Shown piece after piece: positions 1 through 9,283 of a stretch of 64,000 nt of DNA. The notes below the pieces were generated by a model that ran no database searches, was not told the origin of the DNA, and worked only from the letters and a program-made list of their open reading frames with translations. This stretch comes from a virus. Every line of letters begins with the position of its first letter. Position 1 is the stretch's first letter. The stretch covers positions 1 to 64,000 of IMG/VR virus record IMGVR_UViG_3300037483_000793. The stretch is one strand, 5' to 3'. The position numbers and the translations under genes are program-made.

Positions 1-1033
1 CGAAGCCCCAGCTCGTATCGAGCAGCGGCATACGGCAAACGCCGTTGCGATGGCGCTGGATGTCACGGAACGACCCGAAGTCGAGCAGGAAGTCGAACGT
101 GAACGAGCACAGGTCACTCATGAAGTGTGGCAGCACACAGCCCTTGGGGCGTGTCTTCAGGATCTCGCTGTAGCGTGTCCCGTCCTGCATGATCTCCGAG
201 AGCGGCATCCCCGGCCGGTTCCACGCGGGGTACATCTTCACGCCACCGTCCTTGTCGTGAAAGTGGTGGTAGCGGCGATCGACCGAGTACGTGAACTGCT
301 GTGCGACGCGCCACTCCCAGTCCTGGCGCACGTCGCGCGCATCGCGATCTTTGTTGTTGTTGACGCCGCTGACGCTAGCCAGTGACCGATCGAAGCCGCT
401 GGCCGCGTAACGTTCATGGAGCGACTCGCGCAGCTTGAACGCGATCTGCATGATCTCTGGTGACGGGTGGGCGAGCAGCCGTTCCAGGTGATCGCTCGCC
501 TGACGCAGATTCGAATGCCACGACAGCTGCGTCGTGATGCCCGCGGGCAGAAAGCCACGCAGGACGTCGAACGTGCGGGCCTTGACCGCACGATCGTACG
601 TCTCGGGCTTTTCCTCGTCGCGGCGCGGATAGCGTGCACGGATGATCTCGCCGACCGCGTCGTGCTTGTCCGTGTAAAACCGCATCCACCGATCGAGGAT
701 AGCTTTCGAGTCGCTCGTGCCGTACGGATCGACGATCGACTGCTTGCTCATGTCGATGTAGCGCGTGCTGGTTTCCTGACCGGAGTACAACGGCCAGTCC
801 TGCACAGCTTTTGCGGCCAGCAAGCTCACGCCCTCGATGAACATGGTGGTGCTGCCGCAGTCGGCGATGCTCTTGTGGCCGTAGCCGACGTAGAAGTTCG
901 ACATGAACTTGCCCGAGCCCGACTGCTTCACTTTCTCCAAGTGAACGTCGACGCTCTCGGCCGAACGCGAGTAGAGCGCCTGTAGCATGGCGGTGTCTTC
1001 GGGGGTCAAGTCGTCGACGATGCGGAGTTTCAT
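1..1033 (-). CDS. thyX: FAD-dependent thymidylate synthase ThyX (runs off left edge)
   Basis: Manual translation from ATG at 1033 is open to the window edge: MKLRIVDDLTPEDTAMLQALYSRS...GYGHKSIADC...QETSTRYID...RGFLPAG...SFRDIQRHR. Missing from the ORF track because there is no stop in the window. Confidence 0.85.
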   Translation of the reverse strand, partial: MKLRIVDDLTPEDTAMLQALYSRSAESVDVHLEKVKQSGSGKFMSNFYVGYGHKSIADCGSTTMFIEGVSLLAAKAVQDWPLYSGQETSTRYIDMSKQSIVDPYGTSDSKAILDRWMRFYTDKHDAVGEIIRARYPRRDEEKPETYDRAVKARTFDVLRGFLPAGITTQLSWHSNLRQASDHLERLLAHPSPEIMQIAFKLRESLHERYAASGFDRSLASVSGVNNNKDRDARDVRQDWEWRVAQQFTYSVDRRYHHFHDKDGGVKMYPAWNRPGMPLSEIMQDGTRYSEILKTRPKGCVLPHFMSDLCSFTFDFLLDFGSFRDIQRHRNGVCRMPLLDTSWGF

Positions 1034-1383
1034 GATGTCGTTCCTGTGATAGTGAATCCGCCGATCAGTACGAGAATCGGCCGCTCGGTTTCTTCGTACG
1101 TCACCTTCGCGACGTACGGTGCTTTTGCGACGCTGTACCAGCTGCCGGTGCCGTCCCAATCGATGTTGCACCACGTCTTGAGACGTTCGGCGCGCGCGAC
1201 CATGTCCTTCTTGACGCGTTCGTACTCGTCCGCGTGCTTGACGGGATCGAACACGAACCACGCGATGTGATCACAGAACGGCTTCGGTGGTGTCCAGTCG
1301 AACGACCCCACGAACCGGTACTCCAGGATGCCCTTGATGTCGGCGAGCTTCGTCACGCGGCCGTTCTTGTTTGCTGCACTCAC
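1030..1383 (-). CDS. hypothetical protein
   Basis: GTGA overlap with the upstream stop and ATGA overlap with the thyX start (translational coupling). Confidence 0.7.
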   Translation of the reverse strand: MSAANKNGRVTKLADIKGILEYRFVGSFDWTPPKPFCDHIAWFVFDPVKHADEYERVKKDMVARAERLKTWCNIDWDGTGSWYSVAKAPYVAKVTYEETERPILVLIGGFTITGTTS

Positions 1384-1916
1384 GCGAGCCGCTTCCATCC
1401 ACGGCAAGCAGCGCGCCTGCCGTGCAACGTTTGGTACAAGCCGTTTGGGCTCATACCGTGCTTCGTGAGCCACTTTCCGATGTCGGTTGTCGTCTCGACG
1501 CGACCGCTCTCGACGTGCTGTAGCTTGTAGACGTGGTCGCGGACCGATTCGTACTCACGCAACAACTGCCGGATCCGTGCCGTGCGCCGCGAACACATCA
1601 ACGGCAACAGCTGCTTCATCAGCTGGTACGCGAGATTTCCGCTGACCTGGAACGTATAACGCGGCAAGCGTCCGCGTGGACCGTTCGGATACGGACCCCG
1701 GAAGTAACCGGCACCGACAATCTTATGGAGTCTGTGCAGGACGTCGCAGTCAGTCATCTGACACATGACAACGATCCCGCGCGGAGAACTAGCTCTGCTT
1801 TTACGTGTGAAGCAGCCCTCGCCTTCGAGTAGACCGGCGACCCATGCCAGCTCCGTTGGCGTCAACCGCCGCAACTGCACGGGATCGATCTTCGTGTATT
1901 TCGACGTGACGCTCAT
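1380..1916 (-). CDS. free-standing LAGLIDADG homing endonuclease with C-terminal DNA-binding extension
   Basis: LAWVAGLLEGEGCF motif, followed by V-MCQMTD-DVL and Y-FQVSG strands typical of single-motif LAGLIDADG proteins; ATGA overlap at 1916. Confidence 0.85.
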   Translation of the reverse strand: MSVTSKYTKIDPVQLRRLTPTELAWVAGLLEGEGCFTRKSRASSPRGIVVMCQMTDCDVLHRLHKIVGAGYFRGPYPNGPRGRLPRYTFQVSGNLAYQLMKQLLPLMCSRRTARIRQLLREYESVRDHVYKLQHVESGRVETTTDIGKWLTKHGMSPNGLYQTLHGRRAACRGWKRLA

Positions 1917-2212
1917 ACCGGATTCTGTTCCAGCCACTCAACGATAATCATTCCGTGGCAGATCTTGGGAGCACAGTGACACCCAAGTCGCTTCCCGCGT
2001 AGCGCGAGCACGAGCTGCCGAAACTCGGGATCGTTGTTGACGCGCGCGTAGAAGTACTCGCGGTACTCGTGCAGCACAGTTCCGCGTGCACTCTCGTGCT
2101 TGAGATGAAACGGGTTCCCGAACGGTGACGACCGATCGATCGCGACGTCGTACGCCGCGAAACGCATGTTGACGACCGTCGTATCGACGATGCGCCGCGC
2201 CATGTGCGCCAT
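1913..2212 (-). CDS. DUF4326-like phage protein
   Basis: IDRSSPFGNPF and LRGKRLGCHCAPKICHG motifs. Confidence 0.85.
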   Translation of the reverse strand: MAHMARRIVDTTVVNMRFAAYDVAIDRSSPFGNPFHLKHESARGTVLHEYREYFYARVNNDPEFRQLVLALRGKRLGCHCAPKICHGMIIVEWLEQNPV

Positions 2213-2214
2213 GG

Positions 2215-2505
2215 TTACGCCGCCGGTTTGTTTGCGCGTGATTCGTTGAAAGCAGCGACAAGCTGCTTTGCGTAGTCGGCTGTGTTGCCGGAGCTGTGAC
2301 ACGGCCCGACGACGCCGACGTAGCTCTTCGCGAGCGTCGCGTCACAGACGTCACCGCCAAGCGCACAGATCGGACGCACCTCGCCATCTTGGTGCGGTGC
2401 TTCCACCAACAGCCAGCACGCGATCGGTTCGGTGGTGTACCCGTCACCGTCGAGTTGCTTGAAAACTGCTACCCAGCCTGGCTGGCACGCGATCAGATTG
2501 CTCAT
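2215..2505 (-). CDS. hypothetical protein
   Basis: RBS (TAGGGGAAG) before the ATG; tightly packed in the operon. Confidence 0.7.
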   Translation of the reverse strand: MSNLIACQPGWVAVFKQLDGDGYTTEPIACWLLVEAPHQDGEVRPICALGGDVCDATLAKSYVGVVGPCHSSGNTADYAKQLVAAFNESRANKPAA

Positions 2506-2530
2506 GCGAGACTTCCCCTAGTTCTCTCGG

Positions 2531-4240
2531 TTACGAACGACGGAACGTGTACAGCATGACGTCACCCACGCCGTTTTGACGGGTGATGTCGAAGTGCCGC
2601 CCAAGCGCACCACCGGCCTCTCGAAGCCGTGAAGCGAGTCCCTTGGGTGACTTGAAGAAGGTCTGGTTGCCCGTGGCGCGCGCGATCGCCGCTAGCTCGC
2701 GGTGAAGGTCAGCGACACGAATTTCTCGACCCTGATTCGATGCGACGTTGAGCCACTTGTCGATCAGATCGATCAACTGATCGCCCTCACCGATCACGAG
2801 CGCGTCACGCTCGGCCTGCATCGCCGCAAGCATCTCGTCGATCGCTTGGGGCGACCAATTGCCGGGCGGGCCCGCAGGCTGATCGAGCACACGGCCGATT
2901 ACGTGCGCGAGGTGCGCGAAGTCCGCCATGCGATACGGCGTCGTGGTCATCGGTTGCGGCTTGCGCAGCTCCTTCACGATCTTGTCGAGCCAGTACAGCC
3001 ACTCGCCCTGCAGCTCGGGGCGCCAGTAGCGCGCCTTCTCTAGCAGCTGATCAGACGACACGAAGTTCTCAGCGCGCCGTTCGAGCTTGATGATCAAGCA
3101 ACGATCCGCAAGCTGGCCTTGACGAAATGTCGACGGGTTGTTCGACGTGATACCGAGGAAGCTCTGCGGCTTGATCACGTGCTCGCTGTCGTCGGTGAAC
3201 AGCTTGCGACGCGACCATGTGCCGCCGGTCGCGTACGAACACAGCGTGTCCTGCAGCCACTCGATCGTCGTGTTGACGTCGTCGATGATCGCGATCGGCG
3301 AGCGCAGGATCTTGACGCCGAAGTCGGGGTCCTCTTTCTTGGCGATCGACAACGGCGTGCTCTTGCCGTGCAGCGTCATCGAGATGCGTTGCAACGCGAA
3401 CGTCTTGCCCGAACCCGGATCGCCCTCGACGAGGAGCAACGGCTTGGTCGGCATAAGATCCGGAAACGCGATCGCGAACATCCAGATCCCGAGGCAGGTC
3501 TTCTGGACTTCGGGCGACATGCCGCCGGACGACGTCTCGACGTAGTTGAGGTCGTCGATCAGGTGCGCGAACAGCTTGTGGTGGTTGCCGTACGTCGGGC
3601 CGTCTTGTGGCCACACATCGCAGTTGGAGCCGCCATCATCGTCGAGGAATACGGCACTGCCATAGCCGTTCGGCCGAATCTTCGGATCGTCGCTGCCGTC
3701 GATGCGGTAGCACGTACCGTCGTAGCGTGAGACGTAGAGCGTCTGCGTGTTGCGATCCCAGTACGAGAACCGGCGAACGTCGCGCGGCAGTCCCGTCGCG
3801 ACCGTACCGTTCTGTAGCGACGACATGAGATGCCTCGTGATCTGTTCGCTGGAGTTGAGTCCATACGCGATCTGCATGTAGCCGCGGAACTCCGGATCCT
3901 TCTCGTCGATGCGATAGAGCCGACACTTGTGGCCATCAAACAGGTAGGCGCGCTTGTCGGGCGTCTTCAAGAACGCACCGTGCGGTGCCTTCCGGTTTTC
4001 TTGCGTGATGATGAAGTTGTTGAGGATCCTGCGTTTCTGGTCCTCGTTGAACTTCTTGTGGTAGCGGATGGCCCACACCTGTTGGCGTGCCCACGCATGC
4101 GGATCGCTGATGGGACTGCCGCCACCGCCACCGCTACCGCCACCGGTTGTCGGTGTCGGCGCCGTTCCTGAACTCGTGCTCGCGTTGACTGTCGCGTTGG
4201 CACTGGTTCCTGGGAACGGGATAACGTTGTTGCCTGCCAC
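2531..4240 (-). CDS. primase-associated (SF3/D5-like) helicase-type ATPase
   Basis: Walker A EGDPGSGKT, Walker B IAIIDD, motif C ITSNN, RCLIIKL; C-terminal winged-helix-like region. No primase catalytic domain evident. Confidence 0.7.
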   Translation of the reverse strand: MAGNNVIPFPGTSANATVNASTSSGTAPTPTTGGGSGGGGGSPISDPHAWARQQVWAIRYHKKFNEDQKRRILNNFIITQENRKAPHGAFLKTPDKRAYLFDGHKCRLYRIDEKDPEFRGYMQIAYGLNSSEQITRHLMSSLQNGTVATGLPRDVRRFSYWDRNTQTLYVSRYDGTCYRIDGSDDPKIRPNGYGSAVFLDDDGGSNCDVWPQDGPTYGNHHKLFAHLIDDLNYVETSSGGMSPEVQKTCLGIWMFAIAFPDLMPTKPLLLVEGDPGSGKTFALQRISMTLHGKSTPLSIAKKEDPDFGVKILRSPIAIIDDVNTTIEWLQDTLCSYATGGTWSRRKLFTDDSEHVIKPQSFLGITSNNPSTFRQGQLADRCLIIKLERRAENFVSSDQLLEKARYWRPELQGEWLYWLDKIVKELRKPQPMTTTPYRMADFAHLAHVIGRVLDQPAGPPGNWSPQAIDEMLAAMQAERDALVIGEGDQLIDLIDKWLNVASNQGREIRVADLHRELAAIARATGNQTFFKSPKGLASRLREAGGALGRHFDITRQNGVGDVMLYTFRRS

Positions 4241-4447
4241 CTACCCGGCCGCCATCTGCTGGCGCTTGCGCAGCGCCGCTTCAACGTTGGTCTTCATGAA
4301 GACGGTACGGCCCAGAACGTGCCACGCGGTCAGTTCACCGCGCCCGCGCATCCGCCACAGCGTTGCGAGTGACACACCGAGTGCGGCAGCTGCCTGCTCG
4401 GGTGTCATGATGTCAGCGATGCGTTTCGTGCGACTCACTGTTGTCAT
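4241..4447 (-). CDS. helix-turn-helix (Xis/MerR-like) DNA-binding protein
   Basis: MTPEQAAAALGVSLATLWRMRGRGEL pattern. Confidence 0.8.
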   Translation of the reverse strand: MTTVSRTKRIADIMTPEQAAAALGVSLATLWRMRGRGELTAWHVLGRTVFMKTNVEAALRKRQQMAAG

Positions 4448-4661
4448 AGTGGGCTCTCGTGGGACACCGAGCGTGTCTGCTCGCATTACATGAGCGAAAG
4501 TACGTAGTCAAGTATCGTAAAACAATCCACAGGGATCTCTCGACGAGAAATTCAAATTGATCGCGGTGATCGGTCCGATCAATTCACAAGCACGCACAGC
4601 CTGTGAAGATCCTGTGGACGAGATCGCGCTTACAATCGATGCGCGTTGGCGCTCGATCCAC

Positions 4662-4691
4662 TTGACAGTTTCGGGGTGCACGACTTAGCGT
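4662..4691 (+). promoter_or_regulatory. putative sigma70-like promoter of the replication operon
   Basis: TTGACA-N18-TAGCGT in the divergent intergenic region, upstream of RBS and ATG 4729. Confidence 0.5.
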
Positions 4692-4728
4692 GCCACTTCG
4701 AGCGATTTCCGAGCTAGGGGTTGACAAC

Positions 4729-6522
4729 ATGCGAGCTACGATGGCGGACCGGGGTCGAGCAACCCTGGTCGCGCACCCGACACGACGCGACTGGTTTGCG
4801 ATACCTCCGGCATGGACGCCAGAGGTATCGGCGGCCCCATGCGTGCAGCTCGACGGACGGTGGGGACCGATGGTGCATCGATCGCACCTGCCGTTGCTCG
4901 CGAAGAGTCATCCCGAGGTCGAAAATTTTTTGCTACCTGCTGGATCGCTGCTGGGACTGGAAAGCGATCGCAGCAGCGATCGGGCGGCTTTCGACGCGGC
5001 CACGAACGTCAACGACTGGAAACTACGCAGCTATCAGCACGAGGGCCGCGAATTCATCCGTCAACGCCGCGGAACACTGCTCGCGGATCAGATGCGGCTC
5101 GGCAAGACCGCACAACTCGTGTCTTCTCACGAACTTGAAGACGGTCCGCTGATCGTCGTCGCGCCGCTCGCGACCCGCGAGGTCTGGCTCGGATGGTTCC
5201 GCCGCCGCTGGCCGAACGTCCGTGCAACGGTGCTGCAAGGCAAGCACGTCGCGTACGTCGACCCGAAGACCAAGAAGACGCCGCGGCGTCCGAAGGATCG
5301 CGGATACGCTCTGCTCGAAGGCGAGTACTTCGACACCGAGATGCTCATGAACGCGCAGCTCGTGTTCATGAACTACGACATCCTGGCGGGCTGGAAGAAC
5401 TTCGGCAATCGCCGCATCGGTACGCTGATCTTCGACGAGATCCATCTGCTCTCGAACAAGACGAGCCACCGCAGCAAGGCAGCGCTGTTCCTCGCCGCAC
5501 AAGCGAATCGCGTTGTCGGTGCGACAGGCACGCCCGTGTGGAACAAACCTGCGGGTCTCTACACGACGCTCGCGAGCATCTCGCCGGGTGCGTGGGGCAA
5601 GTACTACGAGTACGCCAAGCGCTACGCCGATGGGCGCATGGGCGCACACGGCTTCGTCGCCGATGGTGCATCGCACGAAGAAGAATTCCGGTCGCGCATG
5701 ACCGAGATCATGATCCGCCGCACGTGGCAAGGCGTGCTCGGACAGGTTCCACCAATCACGCGCACCGTTGAGGTCATTCAGATCACCGAACGTCAGGCAT
5801 TCGCCGTCGAGAAAGAGGCCGAGCGCGTTCGCGATCACGTTGGCAAGTCGACGCTGATCGGCGCGACCGCACGGTTTCGTCGCCTGCTCGCGAATCTCAA
5901 GATCGAAGGCGCCATCGACGCAGCAAAGCGCGTCCTCGATGGCGGCGAGCGTGTGATTGTCTGGACGTGGCATCGCGATGTCGCGCTCAAGATCGAAGCG
6001 GAGCTTGCCAAGCAAGGCCACCCCGGTTTCGTCGTCTCGGGCGGCACGCACGTTGATCTCCGCGAGCCGATCTTCAACCGCTGGCGCCAGCATCCGTGCT
6101 CGCCGCTGTGCATCACGTTGTCCGTCGGCCAGGTCGGCATCGACCTCAGTGCCGCACGGCAAGAAGTATTCGCCGAGCTGGACTACACGCCCGCGATCGT
6201 TGCGCAGGCCGAGATGCGTCCGTTCAACGGCATCCAGCCCGTCGCCGCGACATACGTGATCATCGATCACGACATCGAACGCAAAATCCTCGAAGCGCTA
6301 CAGACCAAGTGCGAGCTGGCGTTCCGTATGGGTGTGCCCGCGGCCGAAAGTGCCATCGACGTCATCGCCAGCGGCTTCACCGGCATCGGCGGCGGCGATC
6401 TGACACCGGACGATCTCGCGTCGCTTGCGAGCGCCGTGCTTGCTGATCATCCCGTGGACGAAGACGACAACGACTACCACGGGACGCTGTGGACCTTTGA
6501 TTGGGAAAAAGAGGGCGGATGA
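4729..6522 (+). CDS. SNF2-family (SF2) helicase, divergent motif VI
   Basis: LADQMRLGKT, LIFDEIH, GATGTP, MIRRT, GIDLS; motif VI reads QAEMRPF. RBS TAGGGG before ATG 4729. Confidence 0.85.
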   Translation: MRATMADRGRATLVAHPTRRDWFAIPPAWTPEVSAAPCVQLDGRWGPMVHRSHLPLLAKSHPEVENFLLPAGSLLGLESDRSSDRAAFDAATNVNDWKLRSYQHEGREFIRQRRGTLLADQMRLGKTAQLVSSHELEDGPLIVVAPLATREVWLGWFRRRWPNVRATVLQGKHVAYVDPKTKKTPRRPKDRGYALLEGEYFDTEMLMNAQLVFMNYDILAGWKNFGNRRIGTLIFDEIHLLSNKTSHRSKAALFLAAQANRVVGATGTPVWNKPAGLYTTLASISPGAWGKYYEYAKRYADGRMGAHGFVADGASHEEEFRSRMTEIMIRRTWQGVLGQVPPITRTVEVIQITERQAFAVEKEAERVRDHVGKSTLIGATARFRRLLANLKIEGAIDAAKRVLDGGERVIVWTWHRDVALKIEAELAKQGHPGFVVSGGTHVDLREPIFNRWRQHPCSPLCITLSVGQVGIDLSAARQEVFAELDYTPAIVAQAEMRPFNGIQPVAATYVIIDHDIERKILEALQTKCELAFRMGVPAAESAIDVIASGFTGIGGGDLTPDDLASLASAVLADHPVDEDDNDYHGTLWTFDWEKEGG

Positions 6523-7655
6523 CCAAAACAGCCGAGCTAGAAGACTTCGAGATCGAGGGCAGCACGCGCGAGCCCAACATGATCATCCCGCCGCCGATCG
6601 CGGGCGGTGATCGCATCAGCCTCGAACCCGATCCGAACATCCGGTCGTTCGACGACGTGATGAACGAGATCTTCGCCCACTTCAAGATGGAGAAGATGGG
6701 CGGTGCGTCGGGTCGCGGCTGGTCAAGCCACGCGACGTTCCAGCGCTGTCCGTACCTGTTCAAGTTGACGTACCTTGAAGGTCAGCGCAGCGCGCCGTCG
6801 TCAGCGCTCACGACCGGTTCGGCATTCCACACGTTCCTTGCACTCCACTACACGTGGATGCTCGACGATAATCTGCAGCTCACGCCGCACATCGCACGTG
6901 AAATGCTGCTCTCGCTCGGTGCCGACGCGAAAGCCGTCATCGAAGCGTTCCGCCTCTACGAGGCATATTCGTACAAGTACGAGCGCGACTACCTCACACC
7001 GATCGCGATGGAAGCGTGGGCGTCCGACGAGGACGGCAACACGTGCCGCTTCGACTTGATCGCCGAAGTGACTCAAGCGCAACCCGGTGTCATGCCCGGC
7101 ATCTACATCGTCGAGCACAAGACCGCGGCACGCTTCACTGCCGATGCACTCGAAGGTTGGCGCAACGACGGTGAAATCCTTGGCCAGATCATGATCTGGA
7201 AGCGCGCCAAGCTCGACAGGAAGTACGGCAAGCTCCGCGGCACGATCGTCAACATCGTCGGCAAGCAGAAGGTCATCCAGTTCCATCGCACGATCGTTCC
7301 GGCCCAGCGCTGGCACGTGCAGCAGCACATGGAAGACCTCAAGATGTCGTCAGCGCTGCAGCAGATGTATGCCGCTGCGGATCGCTGGCCGAAGTTCCGC
7401 GCAAACTGCGTGACCAAGTTTGGTCTCTGCAATTTTTTTGATCACTGCGCTGAGAACCGAAAGCTCGTGCCTATTCGCAAGCGTGAGTGGGTTCCGCAAG
7501 TGCGTCCCGCGATCCCAGCCGCGACTGAGTCGCAGGAGAGACTTGCTAACGACACAAGCAACGGTGTACAGGCCGATACCTTGCGTGGAGCACGCGATGG
7601 TGCGGCGGCCGACAACGACGCAACGACAGCAGAGAGCAAAGGGAGCAACGCATGA
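6519..7655 (+). CDS. PD-(D/E)XK (RecB/Cas4-like) exonuclease
   Basis: FQRCP near the N-terminus, RFDLI...IVEHKT catalytic motif and C-terminal Cys cluster; ATGA overlap. Confidence 0.8.
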   Translation: MTKTAELEDFEIEGSTREPNMIIPPPIAGGDRISLEPDPNIRSFDDVMNEIFAHFKMEKMGGASGRGWSSHATFQRCPYLFKLTYLEGQRSAPSSALTTGSAFHTFLALHYTWMLDDNLQLTPHIAREMLLSLGADAKAVIEAFRLYEAYSYKYERDYLTPIAMEAWASDEDGNTCRFDLIAEVTQAQPGVMPGIYIVEHKTAARFTADALEGWRNDGEILGQIMIWKRAKLDRKYGKLRGTIVNIVGKQKVIQFHRTIVPAQRWHVQQHMEDLKMSSALQQMYAAADRWPKFRANCVTKFGLCNFFDHCAENRKLVPIRKREWVPQVRPAIPAATESQERLANDTSNGVQADTLRGARDGAAADNDATTAESKGSNA

Positions 7656-8551
7656 AGGTCATCGACGTCAGTAAGCCCGGCAAGATCCAGCGCATCACGG
7701 CGCTCTCATACGGGCAGTCCCGCGCGGGTAAGACGCGCTTCGCGGGTTCGTGGCCTCGGCCACTGTTTCTGTCCGACGCGACAGAATCAGGCTGGACAAC
7801 CCTGTCGAACATGGATCGCAGTGCGCTGTTCGACGAGAATCGCCCGCCGATCGTGTGGGCGATCGAGAAAGCCGCCGACATGATGCAGGCGGTCCACGAC
7901 GCTGAGGCACTCGTCAAGCGCGGCGAGATCCACACCGTCTGCATCGACTCACTCACGTTCTACGCAGATCTGTTCTTCAACACGCTCGATGCCGCGGGCG
8001 GTAACCGCGCCGACGGACGCCAGCTCTACCAGAAGCTCGGCCAGCACCTGAAGAACCTCCGCGAGCAGGTTCACTTGCTCGGCTCGAACGTCGTCTGGCT
8101 CGCACTGGAGAAGCCGCCCGGCGAGGATACGCCGATCGGTGGTCCGATGTTGTCGGGTCAGAACGCCGCGAAGTTCGCCGCGGGCTGCGACTACGTGTTC
8201 TACCACCGCAGCTTCCAGGTGCAGGCGAACCAGCCGCTGCAGTTCGAGATCCGCACGAAGAAGTTCGGTGCGTATCAAGCCGGTGGTCGCGACGAGGGTC
8301 GCCTTCCGGATCCGCTCGGGTACATGCAAGCCGTCGACGGCGGCACGGACCTCTTCGTCCCCGACTGCACGTACCGCACGCTCGCCGAGGCGCTGGGCAT
8401 CTTGCCCATCGCTGATGGTGCGTCGATCACTGCTGCGCCTGTGCCTGCGCCTGCTTCGGCACCGACCGCAAGCACCAACGGCAAGAGCGGTGGCGCAGCC
8501 AACCGCCCGACACCACCTGTTTCCCAACCTGGACGGAGCACGCCCAGGTAG
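7652..8551 (+). CDS. AAA_24 / Sak4-like phage ATPase
   Basis: YGQSRAGKT Walker A and VCIDSLT Walker B; lies between an exonuclease and an SSB. Confidence 0.8.
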   Translation: MKVIDVSKPGKIQRITALSYGQSRAGKTRFAGSWPRPLFLSDATESGWTTLSNMDRSALFDENRPPIVWAIEKAADMMQAVHDAEALVKRGEIHTVCIDSLTFYADLFFNTLDAAGGNRADGRQLYQKLGQHLKNLREQVHLLGSNVVWLALEKPPGEDTPIGGPMLSGQNAAKFAAGCDYVFYHRSFQVQANQPLQFEIRTKKFGAYQAGGRDEGRLPDPLGYMQAVDGGTDLFVPDCTYRTLAEALGILPIADGASITAAPVPAPASAPTASTNGKSGGAANRPTPPVSQPGRSTPR

Positions 8552-8597
8552 TTAGCAAACCCCGAAACTGTCACTGCAGACGAAAGAGAGAGCTACG

Positions 8598-9155
8598 ATG
8601 GCCGAATTTGTCGATTACATCAGCATGAACTTGGGCGACCCCAGCATCACCGCACACGACGGTCGCTCGCAGCGTGTCGATCCCGGCACCTACGATTTCG
8701 AGATCACGAAGGCGGTCTTCGATCAGTCGAAGAAGGGTAACCGTACCCTGCGCGTGACCGCGATGGTGATCTCGGACGACAGCCCGATGAAGGGTCGTTC
8801 GTTGATGGGTGTCTACGTGATCTCCGACGACGAGTTCGCTCGTCGCCGCATGAAGGCGATCGTCGAAGCGAGCGCCATCGACCTGGATCCCCAGGGCGGA
8901 TTCTCGCGTGAAGCCCTGACGGGTGCCCGCTTCACCGCCGATGTCATCATCGATACGTTCGACGACATCGACTCGAAGACGGGTCAGCCGGTCACCAAGG
9001 ACTTCACGAAGTGGATCGGCGAGCGCGTCTACGAGGGCAGCGCAGCGCCCGTGCAGCAGGCTGCCAAGCCCGCTGCGGCTCCGGCAGCTGCGAACGCTCC
9101 GCGTCGTCCGGCTGCTCCGGCGGCCAACGGCAGCGGTGCCAACGTCCGTCGCTAA
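8598..9155 (+). CDS. DUF669-like single-stranded DNA-binding protein
   Basis: PGTYDFEITKA...SKKGN pattern, Ala/Pro-rich tail and gene context. Confidence 0.7.
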   Translation: MAEFVDYISMNLGDPSITAHDGRSQRVDPGTYDFEITKAVFDQSKKGNRTLRVTAMVISDDSPMKGRSLMGVYVISDDEFARRRMKAIVEASAIDLDPQGGFSREALTGARFTADVIIDTFDDIDSKTGQPVTKDFTKWIGERVYEGSAAPVQQAAKPAAAPAAANAPRRPAAPAANGSGANVRR

Positions 9156-9171
9156 CGCGAACGCGTTAGTC

Positions 9172-9238
9172 GCCGCGGTTGCATTGCTTTGCAGCGATCA
9201 CTTCCCTGATCGCGTCGGTTGGCACCTGACACCGCGGC
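9172..9238 (+). ncRNA. cloverleaf-shaped structured RNA candidate (non-canonical)
   Basis: Closing stem GCCGCGG/CCGCGGC encloses three hairpins: TGCA/TGCA, GCGATCA/TGATCGC and GTCGG/CTGAC with a 7-nt loop. Confidence 0.35.
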
Positions 9239-9283
9239 CTATCTTCGATCGTTGACAGCTCAACCCACGGAGCGCTTGCCCAC

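Noticed and set aside
4966-4981. GATCGCAGCAGCGATC inside the SNF2 gene as an operator
   Set aside because: It is within a CDS and far from any promoter; it may be chance, given the GATC-rich background.
6519-7655. CRISPR-Cas system suggested by the Cas4-like nuclease
   Set aside because: No repeat-spacer array or other cas genes seen; the context is a recombination module.
9172-9238. Canonical tRNA gene
   Set aside because: No TTC T-loop, no D-loop GG, and the anticodon-arm geometry is wrong; kept only as a tRNA-like candidate.
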